Positions 40,049 to 49,039 of a DNA stretch of 63,605 nucleotides are shown here, piece by piece. The stretch lies in sequence record SRR31156797_1603; one strand, given 5' to 3'. Within the stretch, counting starts at the first letter, position 1, and each line of letters begins with the position of its first letter. Made by a program: the position numbers and the translations under genes. A model generated the notes under the pieces. It ran no database searches and was not told the origin of the DNA. It worked only from the letters and a program-made list of their open reading frames with translations.

Positions 40049-40112
40049 AAGAAACACTCCCATCTGTTATCTTCTACTTTTATTGTAATGCTTTTTTCTG
40101 GAAAAAGAAAAC

Positions 40113-40403
40113 CTAATCTTCCTTTTTTTTCATTTTTTGTGCCAGCAAGATGCTGAACGAAGCGGAAGAGAGCAGCAACAACGCCAAATAAAACAAGGCA
40201 ATCAGCTCTCTATCGACAAAGCCCACAACCAATGCCACTACGCCTAAAAGGAAATGAATGAGACTATAGGTTTTTAAGAAGACTTTATTCGCCTCAGTAG
40301 TAGGGATCAAAGTGAAAAAAATCGCTTGTTTGGCATAAAGCAAATAACTGGTGCCGAATAATACGAGTGCCACGATCGTAAATAATAGAAGAATCATAAA
40401 CAT
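40113..40403 (-). CDS. small three-TM membrane protein
   Basis: 96 aa, hydrophobic, basic C-terminus, AGGA RBS, TGcTATACT promoter. Confidence 0.8.
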   Translation of the reverse strand: MFMILLLFTIVALVLFGTSYLLYAKQAIFFTLIPTTEANKVFLKTYSLIHFLLGVVALVVGFVDRELIALFYLALLLLSSASFSILLAQKMKKKED

Positions 40404-40524
40404 ACGCCATCCTATTCTAAGTTGATAGGTTTAGTATAGCGAACCCTAGAAAGAATAGCAAAAGCCACCCTTACTTTGATATCAGATGGAGGACGTTGCA
40501 CGGTTTCTAACGGCTAGAAAACGC

Positions 40525-40553
40525 AAAAAAGCCATCTGTTAAAAACAGATGGC
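40525..40553 (-). terminator. terminator after 6S RNA
   Basis: GCCATCTGTT/AACAGATGGC stem with a U6 tail on the minus strand. Confidence 0.8.
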
Positions 40554-40565
40554 ACATTCTAAAAA

Positions 40566-40768
40566 GAATGGGTAATATCCGTTGATGCCGTTCTTTTTCC
40601 CATAGTATTGATCCCGCAAATTCTAGCAGGTGGGTTCCACGGTCTAAGCTTCGAACTACCAAAGGAAAAGGCATGTTACCAGCATTGACACAAGACGGAT
40701 CCCAAGATATCAATAAAAATGTTCGGTCAACACACAAAAGGGACAACTCGTACATCACAGAATTCCCA
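40566..40768 (-). ncRNA. ssrS: 6S RNA
   Basis: About 200 nt with paired ends and Firmicute 6S motifs (GUUGACCGAACAUU, GGGAUCC, GGAACCCACCUGC, GCGGGAUCAAUAC, AACGGCA); TTGCAC-17-TACTAT promoter; rarA-6S-usp synteny. Confidence 0.93.
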
Positions 40769-40812
40769 CCCTTATAGTAGCATAGGAATGACGAAGGTGC
40801 AATAAAGTTGTT

Positions 40813-40826
40813 TGAAAACGATACCA
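40813..40826. promoter_or_regulatory. cre (CcpA) site upstream of the 6S promoter
   Basis: TGAAAACGATACCA has one mismatch to TGWAANCGNTNWCA and lies 10 bp upstream of the -35. Confidence 0.65.
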
Positions 40827-40851
40827 AAAAGTCACTATTTTTTCTAAGCAC

Positions 40852-42129
40852 CTAGTTTTTTTTCTTTCGTTGCTGCAATTGTTGGTACCGTTGGCCCAAC
40901 GCTTGCTCATATTTACCGGTGGCTTTCGGTTGATAATAGTGGGTACCTTTTAGCTTATCAGGTAAATATTGCTGATCGACCCATGCATCATCAAAATTAT
41001 GTGGGTATTGATAGCCAACTCCTCGATTCAAGCTTTCGGCGCCTTTGTAATGACTGTCTCGTAAATGATCCGGGACATCGCCAGCTTTACCGCTACGAAT
41101 ATCTGCGATCGCTGCATCCAATGCCATGTAGGCCGAGTTGGATTTTGGTGACAAACATAGATCGACCACCGTATCGGCCAAAGGGATCCGAGCTTCCGGC
41201 AAGCCCAAACGTTCAGCGGCTAACACAGCATTGACGGTTCGAGCAGCGGCTGCTGGGTTAGCTAAACCGATGTCTTCATAACCGATGACCATCAAGCGCC
41301 GACAAATGATCGCCAAATCGCCTGCCTCTACTAAACGACCTAAGTAATGCAGCGCACCATCCACATCGCTGCCGCGAATCGATTTTTGAAAAGCAGAGAT
41401 CACATCATAGTGGGCATCCCCATCTTTATCATGGGTCAATGCTTTGCGCTGTACGCACTCTTCGATGATCGCTAAGGTCAAATGAATAATGCCGTCTGGT
41501 CCTTTTGGTGTGGAACGGGCAGCGAGTTCTAAGCCATTGAGGGCGCTTCGTAAATCACCGTTGGTCGCTCGCGAAAGATGCAAGCGGGCATCATCGGTCA
41601 ATACGATGGTTTCTGATCCAAGTCCGCGAGTTTCATCTGCTAAAGCTTGATCAATGGCGGTCAAAATATCTTCTTCTTGGAGCGGTTTGACTTCAAAAAT
41701 CTGTGTCCGACTGCGAATCGCTGGATTGATCGTAATGTAGGGATTTTCCGTCGTGGCACCGATCATAATAATCTTGCCGCTTTCTAAATGGGGCAGTAAA
41801 AAGTCTTGTTTTGTCTTGTCTAGTCGATGGACTTCATCAAGCAATAAAATGACAGTACCGCTCATTTTGGCTTCCTCTGCCACGATTTGCAGGTCTTTTT
41901 TTGTATCTGTGGCGGCGTTCAGCATGCGAAACGCATAGCGTGTCGAGCCGGCGATCGCACTGGCAATGCTGGTTTTTCCGGTTCCCGGCGGTCCGTATAG
42001 AATCATCGAAGAAAGCATTTTGGCTTCGACCATTCGGCGAATGATTTTCCCCGGGCCAACCAAATGCTGCTGTCCGACGACTTCATCTAAGTTCCGTGGC
42101 CGCATTCGATAAGCAAGTGGCTGCTGCAT
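40852..42129 (-). CDS. rarA: replication-associated recombination protein A (MgsA)
   Basis: PLAYRMRP, GPPGTGKT, LDEVHR, ATTENP and ISAFQKSIRGSD motifs. Confidence 0.97.
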   Translation of the reverse strand: MQQPLAYRMRPRNLDEVVGQQHLVGPGKIIRRMVEAKMLSSMILYGPPGTGKTSIASAIAGSTRYAFRMLNAATDTKKDLQIVAEEAKMSGTVILLLDEVHRLDKTKQDFLLPHLESGKIIMIGATTENPYITINPAIRSRTQIFEVKPLQEEDILTAIDQALADETRGLGSETIVLTDDARLHLSRATNGDLRSALNGLELAARSTPKGPDGIIHLTLAIIEECVQRKALTHDKDGDAHYDVISAFQKSIRGSDVDGALHYLGRLVEAGDLAIICRRLMVIGYEDIGLANPAAAARTVNAVLAAERLGLPEARIPLADTVVDLCLSPKSNSAYMALDAAIADIRSGKAGDVPDHLRDSHYKGAESLNRGVGYQYPHNFDDAWVDQQYLPDKLKGTHYYQPKATGKYEQALGQRYQQLQQRKKKN

Positions 42130-42165
42130 AAAACGATCCTCTCCTTTTCCTGTAAGTATAACATA

Positions 42166-42179
42166 AGAACGTACATTCT
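42166..42179. promoter_or_regulatory. putative LexA box in the rarA promoter
   Basis: AGAACGTACATTCT has one mismatch to GAAC-N4-GTTC and lies just upstream of the extended -10 TGtTATACT. Confidence 0.55.
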
Positions 42180-42345
42180 CATAAACAAGCTGATTTGCGT
42201 CCTTACGAAAACAAAAGGGCGCGTATTTTCCACTCAGTCAGCAAAAAACAGGTTCGTTGAAAAGAAATCGTTGAGATCACCGCAACTCTGTAGTCAAAGA
42301 TAGTAAGTTGACCGAGAATTGTGTAGAATAAAGAGGGTGATGAGA

Positions 42346-43044
42346 ATGGATGAATTAATGGCACTATTTGCGACACAGCCGACAACGACCATCGCACGTG
42401 CCTTATTAGGAATGTATTTGGAACATGAGACCCCAGAAGGAACATTAGGTGGGTATATCGTGGATTGTGAAGCGTATCTAGGTCCCGATGATCTGGCGGC
42501 TCATAGTGTGGGCATGCGAAACACACCAAGGGTTCGGGCGATGTATCAGGAACCCGGCACGATTTATTTATATACGATGCATACGCATCGAATTGTCAAC
42601 TTTATTACGCAACCAAAAGGCATCCCACAAGGAATCATGATTCGCGGGCTAGAACCGGTGGATGGGATTGACTTGATGGAACAACAGCGACAAAAAACGG
42701 GACCGGATGTAGCCAATGGCCCCGGGAAACTAGTACAGGCACTACAGATTCCAGCTGAGCTTTACGGCGAATCGATTTTTACGAGTCCGCTGCATTTGGT
42801 TCCTGAGCGCCGACGTACCCCAAAAGAAATTTTGGCATTGCCTCGAATTGGTATCCCGAACAAAGGGGAGTGGACTCAGATGCCGCTTCGATTTGCGGTA
42901 GCTGGTAATCCTTATTTAACAAATATACGAAAAGCCGCTGTTCAGCAAGATCATGGCTGGCTAGAAAGAAGGAATAGTGATGGCGAAAGAAACGATATTG
43001 ACTTACTTAGATCAGCGATTAACGAAAAAAATCTCCGATTATGA
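42346..43044 (+). CDS. DNA-3-methyladenine glycosylase (AAG/MPG family)
   Basis: IVDCEAYLG, AAHS, PGTIYLY, NGPGKL and PRIGI motifs. Confidence 0.93.
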   Translation: MDELMALFATQPTTTIARALLGMYLEHETPEGTLGGYIVDCEAYLGPDDLAAHSVGMRNTPRVRAMYQEPGTIYLYTMHTHRIVNFITQPKGIPQGIMIRGLEPVDGIDLMEQQRQKTGPDVANGPGKLVQALQIPAELYGESIFTSPLHLVPERRRTPKEILALPRIGIPNKGEWTQMPLRFAVAGNPYLTNIRKAAVQQDHGWLERRNSDGERNDIDLLRSAINEKNLRL

Positions 43045-43468
43045 TGTGGCGATCGATTGGGATGCCAAAAATCATACCATCGAATTGGTGTTGCGCTTGT
43101 TTGCCGAAAATCCTCAACAAGTCCAAATCGACGATGCGCAAGGTGTGGCATCAGAGGAAGCGATCATTGAATTTGAAGATGGGATTTTGTTGTATGATCC
43201 ACAAAAATCAACGTTTGATGAAGAAGATTATTTAGCGACGATTCCTTATGCAGGAAAAAAAGGGATCCAAAAAGCGTTGTTAGACGGATTGGTTGATTAC
43301 ATTCAAGAAATTTTAGAAGAAGGCCAAAGCGATCTGCTTGATTTCTTGAACGATGACAGTGAAGAAGCGATCTTTGAATTGCGATTCAACGAAGAAGCAT
43401 TTGTGGAGAAAATGACGAACTATCAAGCCGGGGCTGGGGAAACCATGATCCCGTACCCTAGTTACTAA
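42980..43468 (+). CDS. DUF3013-family protein
   Basis: Acidic protein with DWDAKNHTIE and EGQSDLLDFL, ending in YPSY; upstream of prmA. Confidence 0.85.
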   Translation: MAKETILTYLDQRLTKKISDYDVAIDWDAKNHTIELVLRLFAENPQQVQIDDAQGVASEEAIIEFEDGILLYDPQKSTFDEEDYLATIPYAGKKGIQKALLDGLVDYIQEILEEGQSDLLDFLNDDSEEAIFELRFNEEAFVEKMTNYQAGAGETMIPYPSY

Positions 43469-43479
43469 GGAGAACGAAC

Positions 43480-44427
43480 ATGAAATGGAATGAAGTAACC
43501 GTAGCGACAGCTAGCGAAGCAGTGGAAGCAGTCGCCAATATTTTAATGGAACACGGAGCAAGTGGGGTAGCGATCGAGGACGTTTTAGATGTCGAAAATT
43601 TTAAAAGCGATGCGTATGGCGAAATTTTGGATAAAGAAACCTATACGACCTTAGAAGAAGGTGCGCAAGTCAGTGCCTATTTCCCAGAGACGATTTTTTT
43701 GCCAGAAGTGCTGCCGACGATCAAAGCAGCCATCGACCGTCTGCCGGAGTATGGTTTGGCAATCGGCAAAAACACCATCACAACGAGCGAGGTCGTGGAA
43801 GAAGCATGGGCAACGGCCTGGAAAAAATATTACCATCCAGTCCGTATCTCCCGCTATCTGACGATCGTGCCGAGCTGGGAAAACTATCAACCGCTGCAAG
43901 AAGATGAAAAGATCATCACCCTTGATCCGGGAATGGCCTTTGGGACCGGCACGCATCCTACGACACGCTTGACATTACAAGCCCTAGAAGTCTACTTGCG
44001 GGGCGGTGAAACCGTCTTAGATGTCGGGACGGGCTCAGGGGTGTTAAGTATCGCCAGCAAATATTTAGGTGCCAAAGACGTGTTTGCTTATGATCTAGAT
44101 GAAGTCGCTGTGAGGTCCGCCCAAGAAAATATGGCGATGAACCCCATTGCTCACGATGTGACCGTGCAAGCCAATGACCTTTTGCAAGGGGTGACGGTCC
44201 CTGCTGATCTTATCGTTGCCAATATTTTAGCGGATATCATTTTATTGATGATCCCTGATGCATGGCGTTTATTGAAGCAAGAGGGCACCTTGATCGTTTC
44301 TGGGATCATTGAGACGAAAAAACAATTAGTGATCGATGCCATGATCGCACAAGGCTTTGAGATCGATCAATTGTTCAATCAAAAAGACTGGTATGCGATC
44401 GCCTTTAAAAAACCAGAGGTAGAGTAA
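43480..44427 (+). CDS. prmA: ribosomal protein L11 methyltransferase
   Basis: DPGMAFGTGTHPTT, DVGTGSGVL and ANILA motifs. Confidence 0.97.
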   Translation: MKWNEVTVATASEAVEAVANILMEHGASGVAIEDVLDVENFKSDAYGEILDKETYTTLEEGAQVSAYFPETIFLPEVLPTIKAAIDRLPEYGLAIGKNTITTSEVVEEAWATAWKKYYHPVRISRYLTIVPSWENYQPLQEDEKIITLDPGMAFGTGTHPTTRLTLQALEVYLRGGETVLDVGTGSGVLSIASKYLGAKDVFAYDLDEVAVRSAQENMAMNPIAHDVTVQANDLLQGVTVPADLIVANILADIILLMIPDAWRLLKQEGTLIVSGIIETKKQLVIDAMIAQGFEIDQLFNQKDWYAIAFKKPEVE

Positions 44428-44428
44428 G

Positions 44429-45184
44429 ATGCAGCGATATTTTTTACAGGAGCCTTATGAAGCAAAAGCGGTGTTTGCCGTTTCGGGAGAACCCTTCCAC
44501 CATATGATCCGAGTGATGCGCATGACTCCCGGCACGAAAGTCGGTTTAGTTTTTGAGGATCATTTGGCGATCATCGCCAAGATCAAAGAGGCCGATGAAG
44601 AAACGGTTTACTTAGAGGAAGTCGAAAAAGAACAGCAGGACAAGGAATTGCCGCTGCAGGTCACGATCGCTAGCGGCTACCCGAAAGGCGACAAGCTGGA
44701 CTTGATCGTTCAAAAAGGCACGGAACTTGGGGCGGCAGCATTTATCGGTTTTCCTGCGCAAACTTCGGTCGTGAAATGGGATCAAAAGAAGTTACAGAAA
44801 AAGCAGCAGCGGCTGCAAAAAATCGCCCAAGAAGCGGCGGAGCAATCCCAACGGCAGATCGCACCAGCCATCACACTGCTGGATAACGCCAAAGCATTTT
44901 GGCAAAGCCTCAGTCAGTACGATGCGGTCCTAGTGGCTTATGAAGAATCAGCCAAGCAAGGAGAAGCAGCGATGCTGCTGCAAGTGATCACCGAATTGCC
45001 CGTTGGTAGCAAAGTTTTAGCGATCTTTGGCCCAGAAGGCGGTCTGACCCCCTCCGAAATCGAAGGAGCCCAGGAAAACAACGCTAAATTATGCGGGTTA
45101 GGCCCTCGGATTTTACGAACAGAAACAGCACCGTTTTATTTTTTAAGTGCTGTCAGTGTGCTAACGGAATTAAAGAGGATGTGA
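44429..45184 (+). CDS. rsmE: 16S rRNA m3U1498 methyltransferase
   Basis: QKGTELG, EAAEQS, GPEGG and LGPRILRTETAP motifs. Confidence 0.97.
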   Translation: MQRYFLQEPYEAKAVFAVSGEPFHHMIRVMRMTPGTKVGLVFEDHLAIIAKIKEADEETVYLEEVEKEQQDKELPLQVTIASGYPKGDKLDLIVQKGTELGAAAFIGFPAQTSVVKWDQKKLQKKQQRLQKIAQEAAEQSQRQIAPAITLLDNAKAFWQSLSQYDAVLVAYEESAKQGEAAMLLQVITELPVGSKVLAIFGPEGGLTPSEIEGAQENNAKLCGLGPRILRTETAPFYFLSAVSVLTELKRM

Positions 45185-45188
45185 GTTG

Positions 45189-45854
45189 ATGAATAAGAAC
45201 CAAGAAGCAATCAGTGTCCGTTTGTTGACGGCCGATCTGACCGACTGGGTCTTGAAGGATTTTATCAATCAATATAAAACGGCTTTAAAGGAAGTCGTCG
45301 TTTTGCCTAGTGCCATTCGGCGGGCGAAAATCTTGGCACAAGGCTCTTCCTTACAAATCGGCGCAGTGATCGATTACCCCCTTGCCCAAGGAACACTGGC
45401 AAAGGTAGCGTTTGAAATCGGTCGGGCGTTTATGGAAGGTGCCGATTTTTTGGAAGTCTGGCTACCGGCTTCTTCCTTCATGGAAAATGATCGTGGCTTT
45501 GCGGAATTGACCGAAACGATTCGCTCCTTGACCTTGACAGGAGGGGAGATCCGCTTAGCTGTGCAAACCGAGATCATGAATGAATTGACGAAGATCCAAG
45601 TGGCACAACGCTTGAAAGAAGAAGCATGGCCAAAGATCGTGTTAGGACAAAAACAACCACTAGCAGAAGCATTGCACGACGTGAGCTTGTTTTCCTTAGA
45701 TGGTGGCAGTCAACTGTCGATCCAGATCAATCCTGACACAATAGATGAACAAGCTATGCAATCACTACAGGCTGCCGGCGCCGAGAAAATCGGGCTCTCG
45801 TATCATGTTTTTGAAGAATTGCTTAAGGACAAGCCGGCACCCGATGTGCTTTGA
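45189..45854 (+). CDS. divergent deoxyribose-phosphate aldolase (DeoC)-fold protein
   Basis: VIDYPLAQG, EGADFLEV and AGAEKIGLS align by eye with DeoC VIGFPLG, GADEID and AGAxRIGTS; the catalytic lysines appear to be absent. Confidence 0.7.
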   Translation: MNKNQEAISVRLLTADLTDWVLKDFINQYKTALKEVVVLPSAIRRAKILAQGSSLQIGAVIDYPLAQGTLAKVAFEIGRAFMEGADFLEVWLPASSFMENDRGFAELTETIRSLTLTGGEIRLAVQTEIMNELTKIQVAQRLKEEAWPKIVLGQKQPLAEALHDVSLFSLDGGSQLSIQINPDTIDEQAMQSLQAAGAEKIGLSYHVFEELLKDKPAPDVL

Positions 45855-45864
45855 ACAACAGCGA

Positions 45865-45893
45865 TTGAAAAATAGCTGAAAAATTTGTATAAT
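45865..45893 (+). promoter_or_regulatory. sigma-A promoter of rel
   Basis: TTGAAA-17-TATAAT, about 150 bp before the rel ATG. Confidence 0.8.
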
Positions 45894-46041
45894 AATACTA
45901 CTAAATAAGAACTGCAGGTTAGACAGGAGTCCCATGCTTAGAACGTTTGTCCGCAAGGCTTTGGGTGCGTGACGAAACGTTAACAGCGACTTCTGTCTGC
46001 CTTTTTGATAGCACAAAAAAGAAAAGCAGGAGGCGGAATGA

Positions 46042-48252
46042 ATGGCAAAAGAAGTTATATTGACCGGGCCCAATGTCATCAAATTGGTCGCTCATTATAT
46101 GAGTGAAGAACATGTTGCCTTTGTCCAAAAAGCATTAGATTACGCGACAGAAGCCCATAAAGAACAATTCCGTAAATCCGGCGAGCCTTACATTATTCAT
46201 CCAATCCAAGTTGCGGGGATCTTGGCAGAATTGCAGATGGACCCTCATACCGTTGCAACTGGTTTTTTGCATGATGTCGTCGAAGATACCGATGTGACGT
46301 TAGCCGATCTGAAAGAAGAATTCGGTGCCGATGTAGCGATGCTAGTGGATGGCGTGACCAAGCTGGGTAAGATCAAGTACAAATCTCATGAAGAACAATT
46401 AGCAGAAAATCATCGGAAAATGTTGATCGCCATGGCGCAAGATTTACGGGTCATCATGGTCAAACTGGCTGACCGTTTACATAATATGCGTACGTTGAAA
46501 CATCTGCGGGAAGACAAACAACGCCGCATCGCCCAAGAAACGATGGAAATCTATGCCCCATTGGCTCATCGTTTAGGGATCAGCCGAATCAAATGGGAAC
46601 TAGAAGATATTTCTTTGCGTTACTTGAATCCACAGCAATATTACCGAATCGTGCATTTGATGCAGACCAAACGAGAAGAACGGGAATCCTACGTTTCCGA
46701 AACCGTGGAAGAGATTCGGATCGCTACGGAGGAACTAGATATCTATGCTGAGATCTATGGTCGACCAAAGCATATTTACTCGATCTATCGCAAAATGAAA
46801 GACCAAAAGAAACAGTTCAATGAAATTTATGATTTGTTGGCGATCCGAGTGATCGTTGACTCCATCAAAGATTGTTACGCGGTTTTGGGAACGATCCATA
46901 CAAAATGGAAACCAATGCCTGGGCGGTTCAAGGACTATATCGCTATGCCAAAAGCCAACATGTACCAATCGCTGCATACGACGGTCATTGGTCCCAAAGG
47001 CAATCCTGTCGAGATCCAAATTCGGACCCATGAAATGCATGAGATCGCTGAATTTGGGGTTGCTGCGCACTGGGCCTATAAAGAAGGCAAGACCGAAAAA
47101 GTCCGAGCCGACAAGATGACCCAACAAGTTGGCTGGTTCCGTGAAATCTTGGAACTGCAAGATGAAAGCTATGATGCTTCTGAATTTATGGAAGGTGTCA
47201 AAGGGGACATTTTCAGCGACAAAGTCTATGTATTTACGCCAAAAGGTGATGTGACGGAGTTGCCTCAAGGCTCCAGTCCACTGGATTTTGCCTATAGCAT
47301 CCATACCGACATCGGCAACAAAACTACTGGTGCCAAGGTCAACGGCAAAATGGTCCAATTAGACTATAAGCTGAAAAATGGCGACATTATTGAGATTCTG
47401 ACATCACCGAATTCCTTTGGGCCAAGCCGCGACTGGGTCAAACTAGTGGCTACCAGCAAAGCGAAGAACAAAATCAAACGATTTTTTAAAGCCCAAGATC
47501 GTGATGAGAATATCATCAAAGGACATGAGGCAGTGGTTCGTACCTTACAAGATATGGGCTTTGTGCCAAAAGAATTCTTGACGAAAAGCAAAATGGCGGA
47601 AGCTTGCGAACGATTCAATTATCAAACAGAAGATGACCTGTTTGCCTCTGTCGGCTATGGGGAAGTCAGTCCCACGACCTTAGCCAACCGTTTGACCGAA
47701 GAAGAACGGCGCGAGAAACAAATCGAGAAGCAAAAGCAGCAAGTCCAAGAGATGATCAATCAACCGGCGAAAAAAGAACCAGAAAAAATGAAGGTTCGTC
47801 ACGAAGGCGGCATTGTCATTGAAGGGGTCGATAACTTGTTGATCCGCATCTCCCGCTGCTGCAATCCGGTTCCTGGGGATTCGATCGTCGGCTATATTAC
47901 TAAAGGGCGGGGAATCTCGATCCACCGCAGCGATTGCCCCAATGTTCAAAACAAAGAGGCAGCGAACCGTTTGATCGATGTTGAGTGGGAAGATGCCACC
48001 GACATCAACAAAGAATACGATGCCGATCTTGAGATCTACGGCTATGATCGTTCTGGGTTGCTCAACGATGTCTTACAGACAGTCAACACTGTCACCAAGC
48101 GTTTGGTAAGTGTCGAAGCCAAAACCAATAAAGACAAAATGGCAACGATCCGTATCACGGTGGCGATTCAGAATTTGACTCATTTGAAATCGATCGTTGA
48201 TAAAATCAAGCAGATTCCAGATGTTTACAGCGTCAGACGTACGAAGGGGTGA
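46042..48252 (+). CDS. rel: bifunctional (p)ppGpp synthetase/hydrolase Rel
   Basis: HD hydrolase (LHDVVEDT), synthetase (RPKH, YQSLHT, EIQIRT), TGS, CC and ACT domains. Confidence 0.99.
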   Translation: MAKEVILTGPNVIKLVAHYMSEEHVAFVQKALDYATEAHKEQFRKSGEPYIIHPIQVAGILAELQMDPHTVATGFLHDVVEDTDVTLADLKEEFGADVAMLVDGVTKLGKIKYKSHEEQLAENHRKMLIAMAQDLRVIMVKLADRLHNMRTLKHLREDKQRRIAQETMEIYAPLAHRLGISRIKWELEDISLRYLNPQQYYRIVHLMQTKREERESYVSETVEEIRIATEELDIYAEIYGRPKHIYSIYRKMKDQKKQFNEIYDLLAIRVIVDSIKDCYAVLGTIHTKWKPMPGRFKDYIAMPKANMYQSLHTTVIGPKGNPVEIQIRTHEMHEIAEFGVAAHWAYKEGKTEKVRADKMTQQVGWFREILELQDESYDASEFMEGVKGDIFSDKVYVFTPKGDVTELPQGSSPLDFAYSIHTDIGNKTTGAKVNGKMVQLDYKLKNGDIIEILTSPNSFGPSRDWVKLVATSKAKNKIKRFFKAQDRDENIIKGHEAVVRTLQDMGFVPKEFLTKSKMAEACERFNYQTEDDLFASVGYGEVSPTTLANRLTEEERREKQIEKQKQQVQEMINQPAKKEPEKMKVRHEGGIVIEGVDNLLIRISRCCNPVPGDSIVGYITKGRGISIHRSDCPNVQNKEAANRLIDVEWEDATDINKEYDADLEIYGYDRSGLLNDVLQTVNTVTKRLVSVEAKTNKDKMATIRITVAIQNLTHLKSIVDKIKQIPDVYSVRRTKG

Positions 48253-48258
48253 GAAAGA

Positions 48259-48705
48259 ATGCGGGCAGTGATCCAGCGAGTCAGTCAAGCAAGCGTGTCG
48301 ATTGAGGACAATATCGTCGGTGCGATCCAACAAGGGTTCATGGTTTTGTTGGGGATCACCCATGAGGATACAGGCGACGATGTGGCTTATCTCGTAAGAA
48401 AAATCAAAAATCTGCGGGTTTTTGAAGACGAAGAGGGCAAAATGAATCGGTCACTGGAAAGCATAAACGGCGCCGTCTTGAGTATTTCACAGTTCACCCT
48501 TTATGGGGAGACCAAGAAAGGCAATCGCCCTAGTTTCATTCAAGCGGCACCGCCAAGTATTGCGATCCCGCTTTACGAAGCCTTTAATGAAGGTTTACAA
48601 GCCGAAGGCATCACTGTTGCTACTGGAAAATTTGGCGCAGATATGCAAGTCGCCTTGGTCAATGATGGCCCGGTGACGATCGTGATCGATACGAAAGAAA
48701 AATAG
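48259..48705 (+). CDS. dtd: D-aminoacyl-tRNA deacylase
   Basis: [13 protein letters not shown] and NDGPVT motifs. Confidence 0.98.
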   Translation: MRAVIQRVSQASVSIEDNIVGAIQQGFMVLLGITHEDTGDDVAYLVRKIKNLRVFEDEEGKMNRSLESINGAVLSISQFTLYGETKKGNRPSFIQAAPPSIAIPLYEAFNEGLQAEGITVATGKFGADMQVALVNDGPVTIVIDTKEK

Positions 48706-48712
48706 GGAATAC

Positions 48713-48766
48713 AAAACGAAGGATTTTCTCGCTGGAAAAGAGTGGGAGAATTCCTTCGTTTTTTTT
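48713..48766 (+). terminator. terminator of rel-dtd
   Basis: AAAACGAAGGA/TCCTTCGTTTT stem plus T-run. Confidence 0.8.
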
Positions 48767-49039
48767 ATACTCTCGAAAGCGCTAAGCATTTTTGATGGAA
48801 TCCAAGTGAAATCTAAGTTGAAATCGGGAAATCTTACAAAACTGTTAGCAAAAATTCCATTCTTTTATTTGTTATTTAACATCTTTTTCTTGTTCTTTTA
48901 TAAGGGTTATTAAATGGAAATATCTTTTTCACCCGTTTTTTAATATTTTAAATTCGAAAAACGATCCTTTATTGCGATTGTTCTTGAGGGAGAAGTATGG
49001 AATAATTGTTAAAAAATAATGTCACTGGAGGAAATAACA

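Noticed and set aside
40507-40851. 114-aa minus-strand ORF
   Set aside because: It overlaps the 6S RNA, its promoter and its terminator, and has no protein motif.
42980-43044. Possible frameshift suggested by the 65-bp overlap of the glycosylase and DUF3013 genes
   Set aside because: Both proteins look complete and DUF3013 has its own RBS; this is a simple C-terminal run-on.
46735-47358. 207-aa antisense ORF inside rel, and the many similar short antisense or off-frame ORFs in the track
   Set aside because: Shadow ORFs of well-supported genes, with no RBS or recognisable motifs.
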